From positions 3,474-67,473 of the forward strand of contig CAZCEC010000023.1 in NCBI GenBank assembly GCA_964497615.1: 64,000 bases of DNA. The letters run 5' to 3'. Both the position numbers and the translations under genes were made by a program. A model generated the notes under the pieces. It had not been told where the DNA came from, made no database searches, and saw only the letters and a program-made list of their open reading frames with translations. This document shows, piece after piece, positions 27,874 to 36,212 of this stretch. Every line of letters begins with the position of its first letter. The stretch's first letter is position 1. This DNA is from an uncultured Anaerolineales bacterium. GTDB lineage: Bacteria; Chloroflexota; Anaerolineae; Anaerolineales; UBA6663.

Positions 27874-28809
27874 TTGCCCTACCCCCTCCCCACCCTGACG
27901 CCGGAAGTGCGCGACGCGCTGCAGACCAACCGCCCCATCGTGGCGTTGGAGAGCACCGTCATCACGCACGGCCTGCCCTGGCCCCGCAACCTGGAATTGG
28001 CGCAGCGCATGGAGGCCAACGTGCGCACGGGCGGCGCCACCCCGGCGACCATCGCGGTGCTGAATGGGGAAGTGAAAGTGGGGCTGACGGCCGACGAACT
28101 GGCGCACCTGGCGCAGGCCAAGGGGGTGATGAAGGTGAGCCGCCGCGACTACGCGGTGGCCGTGGCGCAGCGGCGCGATGGCGGGACCACGGTGGCCGGA
28201 ACGATAATGGCCGCGCACTGGGCGGGGATTCCCGTCTTTGCGACGGGCGGCATTGGCGGGGTGCACCGGCAGATGCCGGGCGCGCCGCTGGACGTTTCGG
28301 CGGACCTGCCGGAACTGGCGCGCACGCCGGTGGTGGTGGTGTGCGCGGGCGCCAAGGCGATCCTCGACTTGCCGGCCACCTTGGAGTGGCTGGAAACGCA
28401 CGGGGTGCCGGTGCTGGGCTATGGGACGAACGAGTTCCCGGCCTTCTACTCGCGCGAGAGCGGCTTGACGCTGGCGGCGCGGGTGGACAGCGCGGCCGAG
28501 GCGGCGGCCGTGGTGAAGACGATGTGGGACCTGGACCTGGCGCAGGGGGCGCTGGTGTGCGTGCCCTGCCCGGCGGAGGCGGCGCGCCCCGCGGCGGAGA
28601 TGGAAGCCGCCATCGGGCAGGCGCTGCGGGAGGCGGCCGAGCGCGGGGTGCGCGGGAACGCGGTGACGCCATTCCTGCTGGAGCGGGTGGCGGCGCTAAG
28701 CGAAGGACACAGCCTGGAGGCCAACCTGGCACTGCTGGCGAACAACGCGCGGGTGGCGGCGGAGGTGGCCGTGGCGTTGAGCCATGTGCATGTGCACCGG
28801 CCGGGATAA
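27874..28809 (+). CDS. psuG: pseudouridine-5'-phosphate glycosidase (PsuG/YeiN, indigoidine synthase A-like)
   Basis: 311 aa with a TTG start 3 nt after the vapC stop. Conserved sequences present are PIVALESTVITHGLPWPRN, FATGGIGGVHR and VVCAGAKAILDLPATLE. Confidence 0.85.
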   Translation: MPYPLPTLTPEVRDALQTNRPIVALESTVITHGLPWPRNLELAQRMEANVRTGGATPATIAVLNGEVKVGLTADELAHLAQAKGVMKVSRRDYAVAVAQRRDGGTTVAGTIMAAHWAGIPVFATGGIGGVHRQMPGAPLDVSADLPELARTPVVVVCAGAKAILDLPATLEWLETHGVPVLGYGTNEFPAFYSRESGLTLAARVDSAAEAAAVVKTMWDLDLAQGALVCVPCPAEAARPAAEMEAAIGQALREAAERGVRGNAVTPFLLERVAALSEGHSLEANLALLANNARVAAEVAVALSHVHVHRPG

Positions 28810-28812
28810 GCG

Positions 28813-28838
28813 CGACGACCGACGACCGACGACCGAAC
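28813..28838 (+). repeat. (CGACGAC)n heptamer microsatellite immediately after the psuG stop
   Basis: The sequence cgacgaccgacgaccgacgaccgaac is followed by a degenerate GA-rich stretch (GACGAAGGACGGAGGACCAAGGACGAACGACAAAGGATGAAGG). A related tract occurs at 35992-36027 after the dnaI-like stop. An AAGGATGAAGGACGAAG relative occurs at 40670-40705. Confidence 0.6.
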
Positions 28839-29068
28839 ACGGGGGTAGGCGACGGACGACGAAGGACGGAGGACCAAGGACGAACGACAAAGGATGAAGG
28901 GTGAATGCTGAGCGCGACGGAGGATGATGGACAGCAGGAGGCGGCCGGAGGGCCGCTTTTGTTTGGTGAGCCAGGCAGGGGCGAGGGCGCAAGCCGCCGC
29001 CGTCTTGTTTGGAAGGCAAGAAAGGGGGTGCGTTTCAACTCGGGGCCGGCTTTCGCCTCCTCCAGGCC

Positions 29069-29107
29069 ATGTAATTCCGAGGCGCGCACTTTGCGCCGAG
29101 GAATCTT
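29069..29107 (+). repeat. REP/MITE-like dispersed hairpin repeat, copy a (ATGTAATTCCGAGGC-hairpin-GCCGAGGAATCTT)
   Basis: This copy belongs to a family seen at least 7 times in the window (29069, 36073, 42275 reverse-complement, 50251, 50336, 56846, 60910). It lies between convergent genes psuG (+) and the SH3b gene (-). Confidence 0.7.
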
Positions 29108-29162
29108 CTGGCCCACTGGCGTGGAGATTCCTCCCGAAATATCGGGGGCGGGCGTGGCGAGA

Positions 29163-30497
29163 TCAAGGCGTGGGATCGAGGTGGCGGAGGAGATGGTCGC
29201 CGATCCAGCCTTCATGGCCGCTGGCGAGGCCGATGCGGCGCCACAGGATGCCCTCGATCAGTTCAGCTTCGACAAAGACCGTTACTTGTTCGCCTTCGTA
29301 CACCAGGGCGATGACAGCGCCGTCGGGCGGGGAGGCGCGCACGCGGGCGTTGGTGGCCGCCCCCGTCAGCTCGACGATGGCGTACCCAAAGACGCCGGGC
29401 GGGTAGATGGTGGGGGTGCGCGTGGGGGTGCGGGTGGGCGTGCGCGAGGGCGTGCGCGTGGGCGTGACGCTGGGGGTGAGCGTCGGCGGGCGTGGGGTGC
29501 GGGTGGCGGTGGCCGTTGGCGTCAGTGTCGGCGTGCGCGGCGTGCGGGTGGCGGTGGCCGTCGGCGTTAGCGTCGGCGTGCGCGGGGTGCGGGTGGCGGT
29601 GGCCGTCGGCGTCAGCGTTGGCGTGCGCGGCGTGCGCGTGGGCGTGACGTTCGGGGTATTGAGGGTCGTGGCTGGCCCGCCGGTGAGCGTGTGCGTCGCG
29701 GTGGGCGCTGTGCCGCCAATCTGGAACAAGCCCGAGGCCAGCCATTGCGCGCCAACAAAGATCTGCACCTCGTACGCGCCCGCCGGCCACCAGTTCTTGG
29801 CATTGTCCCAATCGGTAAAGCCGCAGCCGCCGGTGCTGCCATCCCACAAGCTGGTTTCCACATACACCACTTCGCCATCGCGCAGCCACACGCCCGACCA
29901 CTGGACGCCGGGCAGCCAGCTATCGTAGTAGAAGTGGGCATAGATCGTCTTGGGCAGTTGATCGAGGAGGTCCTGGCTGGCAGTGATGGTGCAGTTGTCG
30001 CGGACGGAAATGCGCACCTCGCCCGCGACGGCCGAGGCCGGCGGGGTGACGGTGGCCGAGATGATGGGCGTGATGAAGGCCTCGGGCAGCACCGGCGTGG
30101 GCGAGACGGTGGGCGTGTCGCTGGCGGTGGGGGTGGGGCTGGGGCCTTCGGTGGGCGTGCCCGTGTCGGTGGGGCTGGGAGCCACGGAGGCAGTGAACGT
30201 GGGCGGCGGCTGGGTGGCAGTGGGCGGGCGGGTGGCGGTGAGGGTGGGCGTGGGCGGCAGGGCCAGGCTCATCAGGGGGACGCCCATGGTGAAGGCCAGG
30301 CCGGCCGCCAGCAGCAGGCCCAACCCAGACATAACAAGCTGCCAGCCGCGCAGGACGGCGTCGCGCCGGACCTGGAAATAGCGCATCCGGCGCGCGCGCG
30401 ATAGGGTCAGGGCCCCCGCTGTGGCCGCCAGGGCAAACCCGACCAGCAGGAGAATAGTGATCCAGAGGACATACGTTTCAGTCGCGATGGCGGGCAT
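29163..30497 (-). CDS. membrane-anchored protein with Thr/Pro-rich repeat linker and C-terminal SH3b-like domain
   Basis: 444 aa. There are two N-terminal TM helices, a central Trp/Gly-rich globular domain, (TPTATATRTPRTPTL)x3-4 repeats and a C-terminal GEQVTVF...W.R.....GWI pattern (SH3_3-like). Confidence 0.6.
   Translation of the reverse strand: MPAIATETYVLWITILLLVGFALAATAGALTLSRARRMRYFQVRRDAVLRGWQLVMSGLGLLLAAGLAFTMGVPLMSLALPPTPTLTATRPPTATQPPPTFTASVAPSPTDTGTPTEGPSPTPTASDTPTVSPTPVLPEAFITPIISATVTPPASAVAGEVRISVRDNCTITASQDLLDQLPKTIYAHFYYDSWLPGVQWSGVWLRDGEVVYVETSLWDGSTGGCGFTDWDNAKNWWPAGAYEVQIFVGAQWLASGLFQIGGTAPTATHTLTGGPATTLNTPNVTPTRTPRTPTLTPTATATRTPRTPTLTPTATATRTPRTPTLTPTATATRTPRPPTLTPSVTPTRTPSRTPTRTPTRTPTIYPPGVFGYAIVELTGAATNARVRASPPDGAVIALVYEGEQVTVFVEAELIEGILWRRIGLASGHEGWIGDHLLRHLDPTP
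29497..29640 (-). repeat. 45-bp near-perfect tandem repeat (about 3.3 copies) encoding the TPTATATRTPRTPTL linker
   Basis: The unit is gtgcgggtggcggtggccgtYggcgtYagYgtYggcgtgcgcggS. It lies inside the 29163..30497 CDS. Confidence 0.8.
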
Positions 30498-30567
30498 ACG
30501 GCGGGCAGCGCGCGCGGAACGAGCACAGGTTGGCGGGATTATAACATGCAGGCTTCGGGGCTTAAGA

Positions 30568-30596
30568 TTGCCTCCGGCCTATCGTTGTGCTAGAAT
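30568..30596 (+). promoter_or_regulatory. candidate promoter TTGCCT (30568-73), 17 nt, TAGAAT (30591-96), with a TGc extended -10
   Basis: It is positioned about 30 nt upstream of the BFN ATG at 30626 and would drive the BFN-dnaB-dnaD-dnaI operon. The GGAGG RBS is 8 nt before the ATG. Confidence 0.45.
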
Positions 30597-30625
30597 CGCA
30601 GAATGTCCCCTGTGGAGGCCGGCAT

Positions 30626-31144
30626 ATGGTAGAAGTGACGATCGACAGCATCCGCGTAAGCTTGATGTCGCAGCATCGCGTGGTGATTCTGAAGGACGTG
30701 GACAGCGACCGGTATCTGCCAATCTGGATTGGGCCGTGCGAGGCGGACGCGATCACGGTCACCCTGCAAGAGATGGAAGTCTCGCGACCCCTGACGCATG
30801 ACCTGCTGAAGAACGTCATCGGCGAGATGGGGGGCGAGGTGGAGTACATCGTCATCGCGGACCTGCGCAACGACGTCTTCTTCGCGCGCATCGTGATGGG
30901 CCTGAACGGCAAGCGGCTGGAGATTGACTCGCGGCCGTCGGACGCGCTGGCGCTGGCGGTGCGGCTGCACGTGCCGGTCTACATCGAAGAGCCGGTGATG
31001 GACAAGGCCGCGGTGCTGCCCGAAGAAGAAATGGAAACGGAGACCGCGGCGGGCGAAGAGACGCGGCTGGACGCGTTCAAGGATTTCGTCGAATCGCTGG
31101 ACCTGGAAGACCTGGACACGGACGAAGGCGACGAAGAGAAGTAA
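30626..31144 (+). CDS. bifunctional nuclease family protein (BFN/DUF151)
   Basis: The start is set to the internal ATG with a GGAGG RBS; the ORF track starts at 30587. The sequence is [42 protein letters not shown]...RPLTHDL...[13 protein letters not shown], typical of DUF151 nucleases. There is an acidic C-terminal tail. Confidence 0.8.
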   Translation: MVEVTIDSIRVSLMSQHRVVILKDVDSDRYLPIWIGPCEADAITVTLQEMEVSRPLTHDLLKNVIGEMGGEVEYIVIADLRNDVFFARIVMGLNGKRLEIDSRPSDALALAVRLHVPVYIEEPVMDKAAVLPEEEMETETAAGEETRLDAFKDFVESLDLEDLDTDEGDEEK

Positions 31145-31165
31145 CCCGCCCCACCCGACAACCCC

Positions 31166-33790
31166 ATGACCGAAGTCACCGCCGATTACGGCCCCAACCG
31201 TGCGGCGCCGCATGCCGTGGAGGCCGAGGAGGCGGTGCTGGGGTGCGTCTTGATTAACCCCGACGCCTACTTCGACGTCAGCGCTTTCCTCAAACCTGAA
31301 GACTTCTATCTGCATAAGCACCGCTGGGTGTGGGATGCCTTTGTGGCCCTGCACGAACAGCGCCTGCCGATTGACATCATCACCGTCACCGAAGAGCTGG
31401 AGCGCCACGGCCAACTGGGCGAGGTGGGCGGCGCGGCCTATCTGACGCGCCTGATCAACACCGTGCCGACCTCGCTGCACGCCGAGGCCTACGGGCGGCT
31501 GGTGGAGCGCGAGGCCATGCGGCGGCGGCTGATCGAGGCCGCCACCGAGGTGGCCAAGCTGGCCTACGCCGAGGGGCGCGAGATCGGCGAGGTGATCAAC
31601 GACGCCGAGGCGGCGGTGTTCGCGGTGAGCGAGCGCCGGCTGAACAAGGAACTGGCCCCCATCAAGGAGGCCATCAGCCAATATTACGACCGCATCAAGT
31701 ATCTGTTCGAGCACCGCGACGAACTGCTGGGGGTGCCGACGGGCTTTATTGACCTGGACAAGCTGTTGGGCGGCTTGCAGCAGTCGGACCTGCTGATCAT
31801 CGCCGGGCGGCCGGGCAGCGGCAAGACCGGGCTGATGCTCAATATCGCCAAGAACGCGGCGCTGACGTACAAGAAGCATGTGGCGGTGTTCTCACTGGAG
31901 ATGTCGAACGACCAACTGGTGCAGCGGCTGATCGCGCAGGAGACGGGCATCGACTCCCAGCGCCTGCGGCTGGGCGACATCCACGACCACGAGTGGCCGT
32001 TGTTCGTGCAGGCCGCGAACGTCCTGAGCGACGCGCAAATCTTCCTGGACGACACGCCCGCCCTGACGCCTAACCAACTACGGTCCAAGTGCCGCCGGCT
32101 GGACCAGGAATACGGGCTGGACCTGGTGATCGTGGACTACCTGCAACTCATGCAGGGTGAGAGCCGCACGGAGAACCGGGTGCAGGAGGTGTCGGCCATC
32201 TCGCGCGGGCTCAAGCAGTTGGCGCGCGAGCTCAACGTACCCGTGCTGGCCGGGGCGCAGCTTTCGCGCGCGGTGGAGCAGCGCCAGGACAAGCGGCCGG
32301 TGCTGTCGGACTTACGGGAGAGCGGCTGTCTGACGGGCGACACGTTGGTGGCACTGGCGAATGGCGAGCGGCGCCCGATCCGGGAGTTGGTGGGCACGAC
32401 ACCCGATGTGGTCACGCTGGATGGGTGGCGGGTAACCAATGGTAAGGCCAGCCGCGTGTGGCTGACGGGGCACAAGCCCATCCTCAAGCTGACCACGCGC
32501 ATGGGCCGCATTGTTCGGGCGACCGCCAATCATCCGTTTCGCGTCCTAGACGGCTGGCGGCGGTTGGACGAATTGGCGGTTGGGGATCGGATCGCCCTGC
32601 CCCGTCACTACCCTGAACCGGATGCGCCGGCTGCCTGGCCCGAGGATCGGTTGATCCTGCTGGCACATCTAATTGGAGACGGATGCTATGCCAGCCGGAA
32701 CCCACTTCACTACACGAGCGCATCCGCGGCGAACCTGGAGGCGGTTGCCCAAGCAACAGCTTCGGCCTTTGGCATTATCGTGAAGAGGGTCAAACAGGAA
32801 AACTGGCATCACCTGTATTTGTCGGCTGGCGCCAATAAGTGGCATCCCAACCCAGCGCGGTTGTGGTTGCGCGACTTGGGCATTGACGGCCAACGGTCGC
32901 CGGAGAAGTTCATGCCGGCCGAGATATTTCAATTGGCCGGTGAACAGATCGCCCTATTCCTGCGTCACCTCTGGAGCACGGACGGCAGCATCTACTTGCG
33001 CAAGACTACGCACGGGCAGGCCGGCACCATCTACTATGCCACGGCCAGCGAGCGCCTGGCGCGCGACGTGCAGCACTTGCTGGCGCGATTGAGCATTCCG
33101 GCCCGCATCTTGACCACGCGCAAGGGCAACTACCGCCCCGGCTATCAGGTGCATGTGACCGGCCAGATCGACCAATTGCGCTTCGCGCAGTTAATCGGAG
33201 GGTTTGGCGAGCGTGGCGAGGCGCTTGCCCGAGTCGTTGAGTATCTCTCAACGATCGAGCCTAACCCCAATCGAGATACGGTCCCGCGAGAGATTTGGGA
33301 CCAGGTCAAGGGCCACATGCGTTCGCGCGGGATCAGCCAGCGCCAGATGGCGGCGATGCGGGGCACGGCCTACGGCGGCGATGCCCACTTTGGCTTTTCC
33401 CCAACCCGACAGACGCTCGGTCACTACGCGGCCCTGCTGGAAGAGCCGACGCTCCAGGCCGTTGCCGAGGCAGACGTCTACTGGGATACGATTGCCGGCA
33501 TCGAGCCCGACGGCGAGGCCGACGTGTACGACATGACGGTGCCGGGCACGCACAACTTCATCGCGAACGGCATTGTGGTCCACAACAGCCTGGAACAGGA
33601 CAGCGATATCGTCATGTTCATCGACCGCCCCGACATGTACGAAAAAGAAGGCGGCAAGACGAACATCGCTACGATCATCGTCGCCAAGCACCGCAACGGC
33701 CCCACGGCGGACGTGCAGCTTGTGTTCCGCGGGGCGCTGACCAAGTTCGAAAACGCCGAGACGCGGCACGTGGACTTGCGGCAGGTCTAG
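31166..33790 (+). CDS. dnaB: replicative DNA helicase DnaB, interrupted in-frame by a 420-aa intein
   Basis: 874-aa ORF. The N-extein (aa 1-387) carries the DnaB N-domain, Walker A GRPGSGKTG and the RecA-fold motifs, and ends ...SDLRESG. The C-extein is SLEQDSDIVMFIDRPDMYE...KHRNGPT (67 aa). The splice junction is at the canonical DnaB intein site. Confidence 0.95.
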   Translation: MTEVTADYGPNRAAPHAVEAEEAVLGCVLINPDAYFDVSAFLKPEDFYLHKHRWVWDAFVALHEQRLPIDIITVTEELERHGQLGEVGGAAYLTRLINTVPTSLHAEAYGRLVEREAMRRRLIEAATEVAKLAYAEGREIGEVINDAEAAVFAVSERRLNKELAPIKEAISQYYDRIKYLFEHRDELLGVPTGFIDLDKLLGGLQQSDLLIIAGRPGSGKTGLMLNIAKNAALTYKKHVAVFSLEMSNDQLVQRLIAQETGIDSQRLRLGDIHDHEWPLFVQAANVLSDAQIFLDDTPALTPNQLRSKCRRLDQEYGLDLVIVDYLQLMQGESRTENRVQEVSAISRGLKQLARELNVPVLAGAQLSRAVEQRQDKRPVLSDLRESGCLTGDTLVALANGERRPIRELVGTTPDVVTLDGWRVTNGKASRVWLTGHKPILKLTTRMGRIVRATANHPFRVLDGWRRLDELAVGDRIALPRHYPEPDAPAAWPEDRLILLAHLIGDGCYASRNPLHYTSASAANLEAVAQATASAFGIIVKRVKQENWHHLYLSAGANKWHPNPARLWLRDLGIDGQRSPEKFMPAEIFQLAGEQIALFLRHLWSTDGSIYLRKTTHGQAGTIYYATASERLARDVQHLLARLSIPARILTTRKGNYRPGYQVHVTGQIDQLRFAQLIGGFGERGEALARVVEYLSTIEPNPNRDTVPREIWDQVKGHMRSRGISQRQMAAMRGTAYGGDAHFGFSPTRQTLGHYAALLEEPTLQAVAEADVYWDTIAGIEPDGEADVYDMTVPGTHNFIANGIVVHNSLEQDSDIVMFIDRPDMYEKEGGKTNIATIIVAKHRNGPTADVQLVFRGALTKFENAETRHVDLRQV
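32327..33586 (+). mobile_element. DnaB intein with embedded LAGLIDADG homing endonuclease
   Basis: It starts with Cys (CLTGDTLVAL, block A) and ends with GIVVHN followed by the +1 Ser. The two LAGLIDADG motifs are LILLAHLIGDGCY and ALFLRHLWSTDGSIY. The C-terminal splicing block is VYDMTVPGTHNFIANGIVVHN. Confidence 0.9.
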
Positions 33791-33791
33791 G

Positions 33792-34553
33792 GTGAAAGGC
33801 TTCTCTGGTTTTCCAGACGGCAAGCTGAAGTCGGTCGGCGTGCCGGAGCCGTTCTTCTCCGACCTGCTGCCGCTGGTGGACCACACCGGCGAGCTCAAGG
33901 TGACGCTCTACGCGTTCTGGCGGCTGGGGACCAAGACCGGCATCTACCGCTTCTTGCAGCGCAGTGACTTCGCCGAGGACGAGCTATTCATGAGCGGGCT
34001 GTCGGCGTCGCCGCGGCAAGCGGACGAGGCGCTGGACGATGCGCTGGAGCGGGCCGAGGCGCGCGGCACCTTGCTGCGGGTGGTAGTGGAAGACGCGCAG
34101 GCCGAGCGGCACCTGTACTTCATGAACACGGAGAAGGGCCGCGAGGCGCTGGACAAGCTGACGCACGGCGAGTGGCGGCCGGAGGGCTTTGAGGAAGCCA
34201 GCGTCACCCTCAGCCATATCCGGTCCAATATCTACAAGCTGTGGGAACAGAACATGGGCGCGCTGACGCCCATGATCAGCGAGGAACTGCGCGACCTGGC
34301 GGCAACCTACCCGCAGGCCTGGATCGAGGACGCCATCCGGATCGCGGTGAAGAACAACGTGCGCCGGCTGAAGTATGTGCTGGCGGTGCTGGAACGGATG
34401 CGGAGCGAGGGACGGTATGAGCAAGCGCCCGGTGACGATCAAGAGCCTGATCTCAGCCGATACGACGGCTACCTCCGCTACATCGAAACGGACGAGCCCA
34501 ATGGCGAACCCAGCCAGACCGAGCCAGAAGCCGGATCAGATGCCGCCGGATAG
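33792..34553 (+). CDS. DnaD-domain replication initiation/helicase-loading protein
   Basis: 253 aa with a GTG start 2 nt after the dnaB stop. The C-terminal DnaD-like domain is IYKLWEQNMGALTPMISEELRDLAATYPQAWIEDAIRIAVKNNVRRLKYVLAVLERM. Confidence 0.7.
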   Translation: MKGFSGFPDGKLKSVGVPEPFFSDLLPLVDHTGELKVTLYAFWRLGTKTGIYRFLQRSDFAEDELFMSGLSASPRQADEALDDALERAEARGTLLRVVVEDAQAERHLYFMNTEKGREALDKLTHGEWRPEGFEEASVTLSHIRSNIYKLWEQNMGALTPMISEELRDLAATYPQAWIEDAIRIAVKNNVRRLKYVLAVLERMRSEGRYEQAPGDDQEPDLSRYDGYLRYIETDEPNGEPSQTEPEAGSDAAG

Positions 34554-35985
34554 CAGATCAGGCAACGGCGCAGAAAACCCGCGCGGCGCGGAAAGGCCGC
34601 TCAGCGCCGAGAACGGGGCCGGCGAGCGCCCCGCCGCCCAGCCGCCGCTATTGGTGCCGGGCGCGGGCGAGCCACCGCGCTTCTACGACGGCGTGGGCGA
34701 CCCGGACTGCCCGCACTGCCACGGTCTAGGGTACCTGCGCGAAGACGTGCCGCCGGGGCACCCCAACTTCGGCAAGCTGGTGCCGTGCGTGTGCCAGATG
34801 GACTCGATGGCGGCCACCCACGCCGACAAGCTGCGGCGCGACAGCAACACCGAGACCCTGGCGGGCAAGACCTTCGACAACTTTCTTCCGGAAGGGGTCA
34901 GCCCGGACCCCGCGGTGCGGGCGACCGTGCGGTCGGCGTTTGAGCGCTGCCGGGCGTTCGCAGAGAAGCCGGAGAAGTGGCTGCTGCTGAGCGGGACCTA
35001 CGGCTGCGGCAAAACGCATCTGGCCGCGGCGATAGCCAACCGCTGCGTAGCCACGGGCAAGCCGGTGCTGTTCCTGAACACGCCCGACCTGCTGGACCGG
35101 CTGCGGGCCGGCTTCGCACCCAGCGCCGACGACACCTTCGCCACCCGCTTTGAAGAGATTCGCACCGCGCCCATCCTGATCCTGGACGACCTGGGGACGG
35201 AGAGCCCGACGGCCTGGGCGGTAGAGAAGCTGTATCAGATACTCAACTACCGCTACAACGCGCACCTGCCGACGGTCATCACCACCAACCGCGATCTGAA
35301 GGACATTGAGCCGCGCGTGGCCAGCCGGCTCACCGACGCGGAGATCGTGAGCGCGCTGACGATCCGCGCGCCGGACTTCCGAGCAGGACACTTGAGCCTG
35401 ACCTCGGACATTTCCACCCTGGCGATCCACGCCCAGCAGACATTTGAGACCTTTGACCACCGGGGGGACCTGACGGGCGAGGCGCGACAGATGTTCCACA
35501 AGGCCATCCAGGCGGCGCGCGACTACGCCGACGAGCCGCGCGGCTGGTTCGTGCTGACCGGCGACTACGGGTCGGGCAAGACACACCTGGCGGCGGCGAT
35601 TGCCAACCACCGGGCGCAGCAGGGGCTGCCAGTGATCTTCGTCACCTATCAGGACCTGAGCGACCTGTTCCGCACTTCGAGCAACCGCGAGAACGACGAC
35701 CGCAACGCCAAGCTGGTGCAGCAGGTGAAGGGCGCGGAGTTCCTGGTGATTGACGACGTCAGCAGCCTGGTGGGGACGGTGGGCTACTTCCGCGAGAAGT
35801 TTTTCCAGGTGTTCAACTACCGCTTCGACGCGCAACTGCCCACGGTGCTGACGACGGCGGCCTCGGACAAGGAGTTGGACCCGCGCATCAAGTCGCGCAT
35901 CTTCCACACCGAGCTGTGCCAGGTGCATGTGTTGAAGGTGGGGCCGTACCGGGGGAAGCGGGCGGCGCGCAAGCGGGCGGCGTAG
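34417..35985 (+). CDS. DnaI/DnaC-like helicase loader with N-terminal Zn-finger and two tandem IstB/DnaC-type AAA+ modules
   Basis: The start is chosen at the ATG with a GAGGGA RBS; the ORF track starts at 34375. It overlaps the dnaD-like 3' end by about 137 nt in another frame, so the start is uncertain (an alternative is ATG 34501). The Zn-finger is CPHCHGLGYL...CVCQ. Module 1 is LLLSGTYGCGKTHLAAAIAN...ILILDDLG...VITTN. Module 2 is FVLTGDYGSGKTHLAAAIAN...FLVIDDVS...VLTTA. Confidence 0.75.
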   Translation: MSKRPVTIKSLISADTTATSATSKRTSPMANPARPSQKPDQMPPDSRSGNGAENPRGAERPLSAENGAGERPAAQPPLLVPGAGEPPRFYDGVGDPDCPHCHGLGYLREDVPPGHPNFGKLVPCVCQMDSMAATHADKLRRDSNTETLAGKTFDNFLPEGVSPDPAVRATVRSAFERCRAFAEKPEKWLLLSGTYGCGKTHLAAAIANRCVATGKPVLFLNTPDLLDRLRAGFAPSADDTFATRFEEIRTAPILILDDLGTESPTAWAVEKLYQILNYRYNAHLPTVITTNRDLKDIEPRVASRLTDAEIVSALTIRAPDFRAGHLSLTSDISTLAIHAQQTFETFDHRGDLTGEARQMFHKAIQAARDYADEPRGWFVLTGDYGSGKTHLAAAIANHRAQQGLPVIFVTYQDLSDLFRTSSNRENDDRNAKLVQQVKGAEFLVIDDVSSLVGTVGYFREKFFQVFNYRFDAQLPTVLTTAASDKELDPRIKSRIFHTELCQVHVLKVGPYRGKRAARKRAA

Positions 35986-35991
35986 CGCACA

Positions 35992-36027
35992 ACGACCGAC
36001 CACCGACGACTGACGACCGACGACGGA
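35992..36027 (+). repeat. degenerate (CGACGAC/CGACCGAC)n repeat after the dnaI-like stop
   Basis: The sequence is acgaccgaccaccgacgactgacgaccgacgacgga. It is of the same family as 28813-28838. Confidence 0.55.
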
Positions 36028-36066
36028 GAGCGCAGGGCGATCGCCAACTGACCAGGAACGCCCGCC

Positions 36067-36106
36067 TGTCATTGTCATTCCGAGGCGGTTTTTGCCGAGG
36101 AATCTT
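36067..36106 (+). repeat. REP/MITE-like dispersed hairpin repeat, copy b
   Basis: The sequence is cctgtcattgTCATTCCGAGGCggtttttGCCGAGGAATCTT. It lies between convergent dnaI-like (+) and EF-G (-) genes, so it could also act as a bidirectional terminator. Confidence 0.7.
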
Positions 36107-36212
36107 GTCCCTGAGAATTGTCTGCATGAGCAGCCAACCAGGGCACAAAAAAGCCCCCGAGCGGCGGTTCCAGCTTGGGGGCTCTTGATTCAGATTGGCG
36201 CGAGGGCCGCGG

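Noticed and set aside
27962-29215. 417-aa minus-strand ORF antisense to psuG
   Set aside because: Its Pro/Arg/Ala-rich junk translation contrasts with psuG on the plus strand, which has strongly conserved motifs.
30590-31879. 429-aa minus-strand ORF antisense to the BFN and dnaB 5' region
   Set aside because: It has no motifs and an artefact composition. BFN and DnaB are unambiguous.
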